Source: Haplodiscus bocki
Taxonomy: Eukaryota
Direction of reading: 5' to 3'
Assembly: GCA_965655095.1 (NCBI GenBank)
Contig: OZ296648.1
Coordinates: 18,724,001-18,788,000 of the forward strand
Length of the DNA stretch: 64,000 nt
In this document: positions 1 to 12,449 of the stretch, one piece after another
Layout: each line of letters opens with the position of its first letter
How positions within the stretch are numbered: position 1 is the stretch's first letter
Notes under the pieces: model-generated
The model's input: the letters and a program-made list of their open reading frames with translations, nothing else
Databases searched by the model: none
Told to the model about the DNA's origin: nothing
Program-made: the position numbers and the translations under genes

Positions 1-1880
1 TTTACAGGATTTGTTAACAAATACGACTTGATCAGGTTAATATCGTATTTTACGCCGTTGAATCCAATAACTGGTAGAACATTACAGTCGCTCAAAATGT
101 TCCTGTAAGGCAATTAATTGATTATTTTGCATTTGCAGGAATTGTGTAGATAAATCTTTTTCCTCCTCCTCGCGGTACAATCATCTACAAATTTTGACAC
201 CCTTCCTCCTCTGTGGCGTCTTTGGTTGAGTTGTTCCAGTATAGCACACAGTTTTGTCTTGATTGCAGTCTCTACTTGAATGAAATTCAGTTTCATCTGA
301 GCTTTGCTTTGAGTTTCTAATCCTTCGAGAGCAGTGATAAAAGACGAGATGAGGATTGGCGTTGCAGAGAAAAATGGGTTCCGGGATCGAGTTTGACGAG
401 ATAGAAACTGATATGGGCACATGCTTCCCAAACCACGTTGTAGTCTCAGTTTGTTTGTATGATTTTGCTTCCTTCACTCAAATGGACTCAAAGTCAAAAT
501 TTGCCAAGTTCTTGAACAGTTTTTGCTCGGTTCTATATGGGATGTTGAAAGATTCCAACTTTGCAAAAACTGTTTCTCTCAATTCAAAAACATTCTTCGG
601 GTAAAAATGTTTAACACGATCACTACAAGTAACCAAATGTCCTTCCAGATTCCCCGACTTTGAGAAAAGTGTGTCTCACGTAGCACCTAGGAAGGCTTTG
701 AACAACACGTTGATGTTGTTGACGTAGCAAATGTGATTGTTGTATCGTAAAAGTTTGACGCTCTCTTCAAACTTTTGAATACTTCTTCGTGCTAGTTCCG
801 CAATCAGCTCTCCATCTACAAAATCAATGTCATAAAGGAAGATATTGAGTTGCAACATCTCTTCCACTTTCGCAATATCACTCATGTAAACACCCTGAAT
901 TTTTGATGGATCTCTTTCCTCACCTTTATTGAGGAAAGAGTTGAATATTTTCGAAGTTTCCTCCTCTAGTTCTTTGGTACCGTGCAAATGTAGAGCTAAT
1001 GCTCCAAACAAACAGAGATTGTCATTGTAGGGTTGTATGGTTTTTTTCTCAAAAGTAAGGCAATTCACATTACCGTTTTTCAAAAGTGGTTCAGGTAAAA
1101 CTGTATTTCTACAACCCATGGGTACATTTTCGAGTAACGAAGCAAGAATTGTTAAATTTGTAAGTTTGTAAAAATTCCACTTTGTGTTGGCTCTTTCTCG
1201 GGTACAAATATCAACAAAATCCATTTTTTGCATTCTGTTTTTCAGGGTAGTCATATCAACTTGTGTACACACAAGTTTCGCCCTCTCCATAGTAGTAATT
1301 TTTCGTGAGCGTAAAAGTATCTACACAATCCATCCTCAAAATTTTTCAGAACGAATTCAAATGCAAGGTCAACTTTTGCAGCACATTTCAGTTCTTTGAA
1401 TACATAATCCAGTCTACAGTTGAGCAAAGCCATGCCGAAGGATGACATGGCAACGTTGAAGACTCTGTCTTCCCTTCTCTAATTCAGTATCTGTCAAAAA
1501 ATGGTTGCAAGATTCCAATCCTTCTCTCAAACTTTGATCGTCAACATCTCCAATGTTTCCTCAACATAACTTCTGCTCGCTCCGAATCCAATTTGTGTTC
1601 CATGTTGATTGTTTTTGTGTTGACGCAAAGCATAAAAGCCGTGAAACTCTTGATAACAACGTTTACACCTGATGATGACATCAGGTTTTGGTGCGCTGTG
1701 CTTCTTAGCAATATGGTAATCCAGATCATTTTGTGATTTTGTGAAGAAGTTGGGACATTGCGCCCAATGCAATGTACCAGCAGAACAACTTTTCTTGTGA
1801 CGCGCAAGAATAAGCTTTGTAGTTTGGAGACCACAATTCTCACGTGTAATTTTCTCGTATCGATTTAAAGAATGCGTTTG
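1..1880 (-). pseudogene. Protein-primed DNA polymerase B, 5' half, frameshifted (element 1)
   Basis: N-terminal C2H2 fingers (CPNF..HIAKKH; CKRC..HKNNQH), an OTU-like segment (NDNLCLFGALALHL...YNNHICY), and exonuclease motifs (FDFES near 490; PVIGFNGVKYDINLIKSY near 25-80). Runs off the left edge. Confidence 0.88.
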
Positions 1881-2380
1881 AGTAAAGTTTATTAAAAACG
1901 GAATGATCTGAAAAGAACGTAAGAATATAAAGTAACTTGACTCTAGCAATGCAAATGAAATAATGTCGAAAAACTTTTAGGAAAAATTTTTTAATTTGTT
2001 TTTCCTTCTCACAAAAATTTCTTAACTCTCCCGTATCGATTCAAAGTTTTTTGATTAAAATTTGTTCAAAGCAGAATAATTTGAAATGAACACAAGAAAT
2101 TGAAGTAGCTTGACTGTAGCAATGCAAATGAAGTACTGACGAAGAACTTGTGGGGAATATTTTTGAATTATTTTTTACCATTTACGGAAAATTCCGTGAA
2201 AGGAGTAACCTTCTCGTATCGATTTAAAGGTGTTTGAGTAAAATTTATTGAAAACAGAATGATTTGAAATGAACGTAAGAAATTGAAGTAGTTTGACTGT
2301 AGCACTGCAAATAAAACAATAACGAAAAACTTGTAGGAAAAAGTTTCTAAACTGTTTTTCCTTTTTACGAAAACTTCCAT
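1851..2380. repeat. Three diverged ~180-bp tandem copies of the pPolB start/upstream region
   Basis: CTCGTATCGATTTAAAG-like starts at ~1851, ~2028 and ~2211. Each copy contains AGTA.CTTGACT.TAGCAATGCAAATGAA. Confidence 0.85.
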
Positions 2381-2977
2381 AAAAGGAAAGAGTCACCATA
2401 AAAGGCAAGACATACTTTAAAAGGAAATACTGCATGAGCTGTCACTCCTTCCTTTACGTTAGACGTAACATCTGACAACGTATATAAGTAAACTTTAATC
2501 CCCGACAAGTTTACAGTTTGTCTGAGAAAAGTATACAAGTACCGGCGATAAGCACACAGACTGACTGAGAAATTATTTCAACCGGAACATTTTCCCCTGA
2601 TAGGTAGACGCTCTGACTGCGAAAACTAATCAAGTGGAACAAAAGTATCTTTTTCTCAAGTGTCAATCATAGAAGGAATACCTTTTGTCTTTATGTATAT
2701 GCACAATCAGCGCAGTGGTTGAAAGCTTTCATCACTGTTCATTGGATTGTTCTCGAAAGTTCTAGTATTCACCCACCAGCAAAAAGTGATCAAAGCTCTT
2801 AACCGCTACTGTTTCACAATTGATTAAACAAAATTGCAATACATAAATCTGATTGGACAAAAGCGTTGCCGATGTCCAAATCGCTGGAAAATTGAAGTCC
2901 TTGACAAATCATCATTCCTTTGCTACTACACTTCTTTTCGTTTCGTTTTACAAACTGTTCTCTTTTATAATCAGTTA

Positions 2978-3630
2978 ATGTCTACCAAAAAGCAATTTTC
3001 CAGTTTGTGCAAATTTTATTCGGTATACGAAAAAATACCAGAATATAATTTGGACGAAACAGACGTACATAGTTACTTTTATCACAACATTTCGGACTTT
3101 TGACAGTCCCACCACCGAATAGTTCGAGTTAGCAAAGGATCCAACAAAAAATTTTTTGCATTCAAAGTTTTTAATTTTTACGATTCAAAGTTACAGCAGC
3201 GATTTATTCTAAAGGAAGAAGTCAGCATTTCCAAAATGGAAATTGAGCTTCTAATTGACGGCTTGGGTGAATTTCTCAAAGCTTTTGATCAAGCCAACAA
3301 AGTATCGCAGATTCCAATAACCAAACCTAAATTTGAGATTGGATTTGCAAAAATAACAGACGAACTGTTCAGTCATTGTTACAAGGATATAGTTGAGCAA
3401 TTGAACAGACAAATTCGATTCCCGTTCCGATTTGAAGTAGCTTGACTGTAGCAATGCAAATGAAATAAGACTCTTGCGCCTTTTCTATCTAAAAGTTTGA
3501 ACATTACGGTGATCAATTCATTCTTACAGAAAATGTCAACCTGGGTTACCGCAAAATCAAACATCTCTACAAGAATCGAATTTTTGTTGCTTACAAGTGT
3601 GACATTTTTCAGAGCAATTACAATGTGTTG
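2978..3630 (+). pseudogene. Maverick accessory ORF with two similar beta-rich domains (PC4-like fold suspected)
   Basis: MSTKKQF... continues in frame through one stop into ORF 3236-3445. It has an internal repeat (RIVRVSK...FAFKVF...FILKEEVSI vs RQIRFPF...FSI.KF...FILTENVNL). Confidence 0.45.
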
Positions 3631-4171
3631 TACATTCACCCCTGATTGTGGTTATGACAATAGCACTATTAATCTCATTGGGGACGTGTATTGTCCAGAT
3701 ACAAAGTGTTTGGGTAAACTTTGCCTGCGCAAAAAGACTTTTCAATCTCTCGGCAGAAGCAATTATCAATGTCCGCAATGCGCGTCTCTGTGCCAGGTGC
3801 GCAAAATTACTTTTAATGATCAAAAGATTCCTTTTTCTTGTCCTTTGGTCAAGTGGTTCACATTTTTGAAGAGAGTCCGAGCTGAATTCATGATGTTATT
3901 GGAGATGTCCATTGTCCAGGTGACTATTGGCTCAACAGAGAAATGCGAACGTCTAGGCTGTTATTTAACAACTCCGAGATACATTTATGGTTGTGGAAAA
4001 TGTGGAACCTGGTTGCTTGTTCACAAAGATCCTTTTATGTTATCAGAGCACGTAAAGACGACAAAAACCAACAAAACACGTTTTTTCTTGGTTAAAAAGT
4101 TTTTAATTTGTTACCCAACAAACAATTGCTCATTAGGATCCCTTCTCGGAACAATTTCCCACCAATCATAG
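3622..4171 (+). CDS. Cys-rich putative zinc-ribbon protein (Maverick accessory)
   Basis: Two similar units: CPDTKC...YQCPQC and CERLGC...YGCGKC. Likely start is MCCTF at ~3622. Confidence 0.5.
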
Positions 4172-5321
4172 TCACCCGCACCAGAAAACGTTTTAATGGG
4201 TCCAATTATGGAATAAACGTATCAATTTCCCTTTGGCTGATGATTTGAGCAACTTATTCATTTTTCAAACCATTTTATTCACTTTCAATCTACAATCAAC
4301 CGCTCAAATTTTTTCAACCTGCAGTCAACTTACAGAAAATTATAATCTTCTCAGTCTCCGACGACGGAATCCAGTGGACTCTCGAATGTGGTCCCGACTC
4401 TGTTATTTTTGCAGTAAATGATCTCGACCGAATTATAACAATCAGCCCACAAGAAACACCCCTAGCTGCCTGGCAAATGCTGTTGTTTCAAAGGCAAGAT
4501 TTCTTCGACAATCACTTGCCTCGAAATCCTTAACTACCAAACAACAAGGAACAATGGAGATGAGAGACGAAGTACTCTCCAGTGTGGGGGCTCAAGACTT
4601 GGACACTAGCAGCTATCAATTGACCTATCTCGAAACATAGATTTTAGCTGGGAACATTCACAATTGGACATGGACGCAGTGTTCAGACCAGGCATAGACA
4701 CTCCCTTTTCTCCAACAACATTCGACGATTTATCTATGGAAGGGTTAGTTGAAAACTCCAATGAGTTGGACGAAGAGGAAGACAAGGAGAATTCACCTCC
4801 AACAACAACAACACCCGTGTCTGAGCGTCCAACAGAACTTTGCAGACTACTGAAAAGTTGTGTTTTTGGAGCAAGAACTGAAAATGTACCCGATTATGTT
4901 TATAGGAATTTGTTTTATTAAGTATTACTGTGTTTGTGTTTTGACATAAATTATAATTAACGAGTTTCCTTTTATCATAACCTTTTTCAAAAACCAGTCA
5001 GACATGTGTGACAACAAAACTGTTTTAATTGCCGCAACTTTACTATTAGGAGCAACTGATTTTTGCATACATCAAGTAAATTTAGGGAAGAAATTGAGAC
5101 CCTATAGCGAAATCAAAAGTGAAAGTCTTCGCTAAAGAAAGTTCAAAAAGTATTGTTTGAACGGTGGGGAATGGATTTATCTAGAATACGAATATATTGT
5201 GGGTTGTAATTCCACATGGTTATTTGGAGGAAAACGATGTGAAAAGTACATGTGGTGGACTTAGGTAAAGTGTTCAAGAACAAGCGGGTTGTAAATAAAG
5301 TTGATTCAAAATCTGACGAGA

Positions 5322-5735
5322 CGAAAAAATTTATTTCAAAAACTGACCAGACGAAAAAATTTCAATTCAAAACCTGACAAGACGAAAAAGTTCAATTCAA
5401 ATTCATTTTACAAAAACTTTTCATTCAAAATCGTGCTTCTTAGAAGATTTTTTTTCTTCAAAATCGTGCTTTTTAATATGCACGTAAAACGCAAAAATTG
5501 CGCTTCTTATGGGGTAAATTGAACAAAAAGTGATTTTTTGTGTGCAATATGTTTTTCAAAACCTGCTTTTTAAAAGTTATTTTTTCTTCAAAATCAAGCT
5601 TTTTGAAATTATGTTTTTCTTCAAAATCTGACGCGTCGTAAAATTACTAATTCAAAATCTGACGCGTTGTGCATCTTTTCATTCAAAATCTGACACTTTG
5701 TACAATTTTTGTTTTAAGATCTGACAAGACTTGAC
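5322..5735. repeat. Internal tandem array of ~27-35 bp TTCAAAATC(TGACG/GTGCT) units
   Basis: About a dozen degenerate units, e.g. ATTCAAAATCTGACGAGACG, TTCAAAATCTGACGCGTCG, TTCAAAATCGTGCTT. Confidence 0.85.
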
Positions 5736-6709
5736 TTTTTGCTTGGGAATCTCATTTTTAACTAGCTTTTTGTTTTCGTTGGATGTTTTTGCTAACTGTA
5801 TTAAAAAAACTTGTTTTTAATGAAAATTTTATTCTAAAAGATGCTAAATTACTATCATAACTACCATGACCATCAACAAAACAATCTACAGTTTTTATTA
5901 GATCCAATTCAAATTTAGTCTTTTTAAATTTTTAGATTTTTACAGCAAACACTGAGCCGCGGGTCTGCCTGGTTTTTGTATTTTGAAAGGAGCTGAATGA
6001 ATAACTTTTGTACTTTTTCCTTCAGAGTTTTTTTTGCAATGCTTGGCATTCTGTCCTTTCCCTTGTTTCTGTGACTAAAGTCAACTGCTCGTTGCGCGTT
6101 ATCAAACACTTGTCCTTTCTTTGCAATAACTTTTCAACTAAATCGATACTTGACTAGTGTACACAGACAGTCGACGTGCTGATAGGTGAAGCAAAAAGTA
6201 TCCAACTTCTCTAGGAGCTCTTCAACGTTTCCAAGTAATAAAATATGATATTTTTAGGCGGGTAAAAAACACGTCTAATCGTCCTGATGGGCGATGCAGT
6301 AGTCTGTACAATGTATTTTTCATATGTTTTTGCAGAAACAAGGAAGGTTTTTTCTGAACTTTCTGTGTGAAAACCGGGGATTGTTTGTAACATAATGACT
6401 GCCATCTGAATGTTGCGATAAAAAATGACAAAATGAATCTGAAAACAACAATTTTTGATGTACAAAGACTATTACCTAATAAAGAATATACCTACATGTA
6501 TGGAAATGTGCTTGTCACACATCCCGAACCTATTGAAATGGTAGGAAAATTCCATAAATGGAAATTTTCACATAAAAGGAGATCATACCTAATCAGGGTG
6601 ACTAAAAAAAAGACCAGCCTATTTTTTCCAGAAAACACTATTTCACTCTGTTCTCCAGAATAAAGTTGTTCTTCTTCTCATTTCTCCAAAACAACAAAAA
6701 TGAATCTGG

Positions 6710-7300
6710 AATGGCCTACAACGCTACAGCAAACTTGGACAAACTGGCTGGCACCGACTATGTGGACTTTGGCAAGTGTCAAGAGAGATTTGGACAATTT
6801 TTTTTGGAGCAAAAATGGTTCCAACTACTTGGATATTAAACTAAAAGTGTTCAAGAGAGAAGACAAAGATGCAGAATTTCAACTGAGACAAAACCTTTCA
6901 ATGCGAGAAGCCGATTTCAACCAGTTTATTCGACAAAGGAATCAACTAGTTGTTGCAGCAGACAAGTTTCTCAGGGAACAAATTTTGTCTCCAGTTCTTC
7001 AATCTACACTGTCCAAAGACATGGAGGGCAGCTGGAGCTTGTTCACAAGGTGATTGTTTTTGTGGATCGTCCAAGCAGAAGGACTTGTGTGACACTGCTG
7101 CGATAAGAGGCGGACAACCCAGAGACTTCTTATGCTCAAGTTCGTCTATTCGGACGGAAGATGGAGGGAGAAAAATATCAGCAAATTGTGTATGTCAACT
7201 ACAAACTTGATGGATTTGTATATCTTCGTGACGTCATGAATTCATTGTGTGATAAAGTAATTGCTCACCAACTCATTTCTAATTTTTTTGTAAAAAGTAA
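6710..7300 (+). pseudogene. Maverick accessory ORF, second two-domain PC4-like protein, frameshifted
   Basis: Joined frames read DYVDFGK...NYLDIKLKVFKR...NLSMREADFNQF and CVTLLR...YAQVRLFGRK...VNYKLDGF, resembling the PC4 pattern (vdiR.f...gisL..eqf). Confidence 0.45.
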
Positions 7301-8191
7301 TTGCTACGTTTTGATATAATCATTTATTCTTTTTATTCGAGTCAGGATGAGGTGGAACATTGTAGATCAGAGGAACCTCTTTTTCAAGCTAAAAACAGAA
7401 TCGGGACTGTGTCATGTTGATCTTAAAAGTAAACCCATAAATTCTCCCGAAAAAAATTACGCTAACTCTGGTAGAAACTCAACAAACGCCAGTTGTTGAA
7501 AAGGTTGATTCAAAAGATGAAATTTCTTGTCTAAAAAGGACAATTTACAATCGTAGAAGAAACGTATGCATCAATTTACAAACTGATACAGACAAAGTGA
7601 ACATTGTCGTATACTGCTCTTGAAACAACACCTACCTCACGGATATTGAAATGGATTTAAAGTTGACTGATTACAAAAAGCTTCTTGCTGAGCGCGTTTA
7701 CCTATTTAGCTTTATTGACAATTTCTACAAGCGGTGCATTGTATTGGATGAAACAACTGCTCATATTTAAAACAAACTGCGTCAAGAATGGATCTTCTCT
7801 TTCTAATTCCGTTTCCGATTGTACCCGGGATTTAAAATGTCATTTGAACACAATAGTGTTCGCAAAATCCTATTTCTAAGTGCATGTTTCTGTTGGGACT
7901 CTAGACTTTCTTTACGTGAGATGGACCAGAAATTAACTTTGGTGGAACCATTGGTTATGGAGACTCGTACTTGGAGTTTTTGTTTCGTCGTTTCAAAGTA
8001 TTTAGACTACACGCAATACTACATGATGATGCAGGAGCAGTGCGGGCACAAAGCGGTAAAGGACCTGGTTACTTTTACATGATTGGACGAAGACCAAATT
8101 CATGTTTGCTTGGTCACGTGACTGGACTGCTCTTTTGTCTTTACGTGAAATTCTTTCAACCCTCCATTTTCAACTCTGTCGACTTTTGAAG

Positions 8192-8670
8192 CGACGTTTT
8201 TGATTGTGCTAAATATAGAGCTAACTAAGATGGAAATAATTAAAAAACTGGGACTTTTTATTGATGGTTCTCTACAAAGATTTTCATTTGGTCCACCAAA
8301 GACTTTTAAACCTAAAAAACACACGACATGGAACACAAGTCATCCACAAGGAATTGCGTGGAGTAGTGGAAAGCTGGATTATGAGAAGCTGTCTGCTGTC
8401 TTTTACGACATAAAAGTAATGAATGCAGAAGTGTTTGCTCAAAGTTTCGAAAATTGTAGACTATTGACCAGACTTGTCGGACAAAAGTTAGAAAATTTGG
8501 ATGACTATGGTTGCTCAAAAGTTCAAAATCTTGTCAAAACGGACAGTTTGTGGATCTGCTCTAATTACACTTTCCGACATGAAACAAGGTTTCACTGTCC
8601 CGAGAGTAAAGCAAAGGCGTATGGACAATGGGCTGGGCAACATTTGCAACTTTTGTACGTGTTTATTTTA
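8192..8670 (+). CDS. Putative DEDD-type 3'-5' exonuclease-like Maverick protein
   Basis: IVL(N/D)IE...IK(K/E)LG...(H)GIAWSSG...ENLDDYGC...C...H...HC pattern. Acidic residues are partly mutated. Confidence 0.45.
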
Positions 8671-8750
8671 TTTGTGTTTACTACTATTTTATTTCTTTCA
8701 ACTCGACGTGATTTCTTCCTTCATTTTGAGAAATTTAGTTTACGAAACAG

Positions 8751-9011
8751 ATGACTGATCAAGAAGACTATATTAATCTAGGTGAAATTGTCTTTGACGA
8801 CAACAAACAAGAGAGAAAATCTTGGGCCTGTTTGGGACAAACCTGTTCCAGATCGCTGATTGTGTTTTTGTCCCAACTTTTTGTTATTTTTTTGATGATC
8901 TCTGGATGCTTTTAGAGAATTCACCTGTCAAAAATTTGTGACGAATCACCTGTTTGGGTTAAATTTTTGTGCACTGCGGCAGGATACATTTTAACCTCAC
9001 CAAGGCTATGA
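8751..9011 (+). pseudogene. Small two-TM membrane protein preceding the ATPase (element 1)
   Basis: MTDQEDYINLGEIVFDDNKQERKS...CSRSLIVFLSQ...AAGYILTSPRL with one internal stop. Homologous to 29373-29666. Confidence 0.7.
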
Positions 9012-9700
9012 GCAAGTTAATTTCTACAAAGAATCGAATCTTTGTTTCATTGGTTGGTCCTTCCGAAAAAGAAAAATCGCAGTTTATTTACATATGGCTA
9101 AAAATTGGAAGATTTCAACCAAAGTTTGACAAGACATACTTTTTCTATCAACTTTGCCAACCTCTTTACCAAGTTATTCAAAAGGAAACTGAAAAATTCG
9201 AGTTTGTGCTTGGAGTATGCTTTGAAATTAATGATTAGCTAAAAAAGAACGGTACAAAGTACTTGTTAATATTTGTCGTCTATTGTGAAGAGATTTGCAT
9301 TTCAGAAGCCTTTGTTTACATTGCAACTGCTGGGAGACATTGGGGTCTGAACAGAATCTACTTTAAACACAACTTTTTTCACCAGAGCAAACTAGGGAAA
9401 GAGGTTGGAATACAAAACAGTAACATTGTTACCTTCAATTCTCCCCGTGACGTAATGCAAGTAACTCCCCTTGGCGCACAGTTGGCTCTTAGTTCAGAAC
9501 TAGTTGACTGGTAGTGAGATGCAACGTCTGTTCCTCTTGGTTATTTGTTGATTGTTTTGTCGCCGCGGACAGACGATAGATTACGTTATTGCACAAACAC
9601 TGGATCGTTTCCGTCACAATTTTATATTCCCGATTGTTTGAAGCATTCATGCACTTTGGACAATGAACACGCAACATCTCCCTACTCTCCAAGTGTTCCA
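9008..9700 (+). pseudogene. A32/FtsK-family packaging ATPase (element 1)
   Basis: Degenerate Walker A (SLVGPSEKEKS), plus ATAGRH, F.SPRD and LSPRTDDRLRYCTN. Contains stops and frameshifts. Aligns with the element-2 ATPase. Confidence 0.85.
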
Positions 9701-9965
9701 ATCACTTTCCCGCAAATGGAAAAGTCACTCTCTTCAACCTTGCACAAAAGAGTTTATCCGTTTTCTATGCAAATGCATGGTAAATCTACTCAAAGGAAAC
9801 TTGCAAGCCATAAAAAGACATCACGTAGTAAAGTTTCAAGACGACGTTTGGTTACTATCGGTGAAAAGAACAACTTAGAATCAAAGAAGACACGTTCTGT
9901 TCTCGGGAAATGGATTGAAGCTAATAGCAGTCATTACATCTCCCGTCATTAATCGTTTGTCTTGA
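9663..9965 (+). pseudogene. Conserved small Polinton protein downstream of the ATPase
   Basis: MNTQHL...CTKEFIRFLCKCMVNLLKG; homologous to 30334-30735. Confidence 0.6.
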
Positions 9966-9966
9966 T

Positions 9967-10359
9967 ATGGAGCAGTTTGTTCCTGTCCCAGCTTCTGTGT
10001 ATAACAAGAGTGTGACTACTCAACCTGATACGGAACAGGAACTTCCGAAGTATAAAACTGAACAACCTCCCACGTACGAAAATGATTCCCTAAAGAGAGA
10101 CGTTGACAAGAAACTGTTTGGCAAAGCAGACACCCTAATAGACAAACTTTTATCCTGTTCTAGCATCAAGCTCTCAAAATCGCAAACAATAAATTTGGAT
10201 GGTATTGAAACTGGAGTGTTAATCTCAATTTTTATTCTACATTTGCGTCGAAAAAACATAGACGTTCCAGACATTAACTTTACTTTACTCGACGCTGCTG
10301 GAATATCACACTCTCTAGTTTTTAACCAGAATGCCAAAGCTAAAGATAGAGGAAGCTGA
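9967..10359 (+). CDS. Conserved Polinton protein upstream of the integrase, unknown function
   Basis: 130-aa ORF MEQFVPVP...; positional and weak sequence counterpart of MKEFVLIT... at 30668-31250. Confidence 0.55.
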   Translation: MEQFVPVPASVYNKSVTTQPDTEQELPKYKTEQPPTYENDSLKRDVDKKLFGKADTLIDKLLSCSSIKLSKSQTINLDGIETGVLISIFILHLRRKNIDVPDINFTLLDAAGISHSLVFNQNAKAKDRGS

Positions 10360-10373
10360 GTCACTTTCAGAAT

Positions 10374-11268
10374 ATGAACGTCAGAAGCTGCAAAGACTGT
10401 ATAAGCAAGAAGCTGCTGCTTACAGTTCTGTACGCAACTTGTCAAAAGCTAGCAGATTACCAAAATCAAAAGTGAGACAGTTTTTGTGTTCAAAGGCCTT
10501 TTTTTAACAAAATTTACTTTGGCAACATGAAAATTCAAAAGAATGAGGGCTCTCGCTGGATTCGGAAATGAATTCTGGTGCATGGATTTTGCTTACGTTG
10601 ATAAATTGGCAAAGAGAATAACGGCGTAAAGTATTTACTAATTCGTCAAGACTTGTTTGATAGAGCTTTAATTGCTAAGGGAATGAAAACAAAAGATTTG
10701 CAAGAAACTGTGAAAGGCTTTTTGTCCATGACTAGAAAAAAAATCGACCCTAAAAGATTTGGGTTGACAAGAGGACCGAATTTGCTAGAGCGTTTGAAAA
10801 GTTCTGTGCTGCAGAGTGGATACAATTTACTCTACTACGAGTGAGACTAAAGCGGCTTTTGCTGAACGTACAATGAGATCTTTGAAAAATTTTCTTTACT
10901 GTTACGTGCAGCATTTTGGATACAGCTATATACACAAACTACTTCAATTTGTCACTGCGTTAAACTCTAGACGAAACAGTTCGTTAGATATGAGATCCAA
11001 TACCGTAAGGAATTGCGACTATATGTCTATTCTTTACAGTAAACATTTAGGAGAATATAAAAGACCAACAATCAAAACTGGTGATAGAGTGCAACGCTCA
11101 AAGTATGACTTGCTTTTTCGGAAAGGTTACAAGCAGCAGTTTACACGAGAAGTTTTTGAAATTGTAGCAATTGCAACAAGAAGACCACCAACATACACAA
11201 TCAAGGATGAGCAAGGCGAGATTATTCAAGGTAAATTTCATCAAAAAGAGCTGATTAAAGTCATTTAA
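10374..11268 (+). pseudogene. Polinton retroviral-like (rve) integrase (element 1)
   Basis: EFWCMDFA, WVDK.TEFA, SETKAAFAERTMRSLK and FRKGYKQQFTREVF...YTIKDEQGEIIQGKF; frameshifted. Confidence 0.9.
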
Positions 11269-11270
11269 CA

Positions 11271-12073
11271 ATGGACTCGTATACAATAGATTTGGTTTCT
11301 AACGCTTCTGGAGAATTGTTTCCAGACAATACACTCAGGTCTTTTACAAACGTTTTACCAGAGCAATTAAACTTGGAGGGGCAATGGGAGTTTGCAATTT
11401 CAGAAAAATACTACCCATCAAGGTACCAAAATATAACCGGGTGGGGGGGGGATTTAAATTTTTTGACGACATACTTTAAAATGTACGTCAACCTACAATC
11501 TAGAACTTGGTCTATGCACTTCCATCACAGATTTTGTGGAAGCTATGAATAAGCTCATTCAAGAGAGAAAAACCACAACGAAACTTGCTTAACAGTCAAG
11601 GTTTCTTGCAAAACGCAGAAAAGTGTAATTATGCTTGGAAAAATAACATCTGGTCTTGCATTCTGTAGCACCGACTTGGGTAACATTTTTTTGTAACAAT
11701 GTGGGAAACGAACTTGGGGTACTTATGATAGGAAAAGGTCCTCATGAACCCGAATTTACCCACGACTTTGTTCGTATCCATTCGATGATGTTTTACAGCA
11801 ATCTAGTAGAGTACAACATTGTTGGAGACACAAAAGCTCCCTTCCTGTGACGTTCTTTCTATTCTCAAAGCTAAAGGGAGGAGACATTATAACTGGACAG
11901 TACATAAAATATCAGACATTCAGTAACCTACCTTTTAGACCTCTGCTCAAAAGTTTCTTTTCATAGTATACACATTGATCTGAGACACACCTGATGAAAA
12001 AACACCCTTTGTATCTGTCGGCATCACTCGCCTTGTTTTGATGCTTAGAAAGGTGTCCAACATTCATTTCTAA
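11271..12073 (+). pseudogene. Minor capsid (penton-like) protein (element 1)
   Basis: LVSNAS.ELFPDNT...FTNVLPEQLNLEGQWE.AISE and YSNLVEYNIVGDTKAP.L motifs. Confidence 0.8.
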
Positions 12074-12091
12074 CACATACGGTACTACAAG

Positions 12092-12447
12092 ATGGTTGCT
12101 TCAAGGCAAGTAGAAGTTCCACACTATAGAGGGTTTGGAAGACAGAAAGAAGGGGATTTGGGGCTCTCGTACAAGTTATTGGGAGAACTGCAATTCCATT
12201 TTTGCCTAAAAATGTAGTCCCAGCGGCAAAACGCATAGGTGCTGACATAATGGAGTTTGCTGCACCAGAGATTGGAGAGGTTATCAGCGGTGGAAAAACG
12301 TTCAAGTCGGCTGCAAAGAATGTGGGAAAGCAAACTCTGAAAAAACAGTTGAATAGCGGTAGTAAACAGAAGCAAATTATTCCTACAAAAACTACTGAAC
12401 AATCCAGTCAGTCGCGAAGAGACATTTCTACAAGCATTTCCCGTTGA
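12092..12447 (+). pseudogene. Basic core-like protein with G.G protease-type site (element 1)
   Basis: RQ.G.GFGAL...IGRTAIPFL...VVPAAKRIGAD; lies between the minor and major capsid genes. Confidence 0.6.
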
Positions 12448-12449
12448 TC

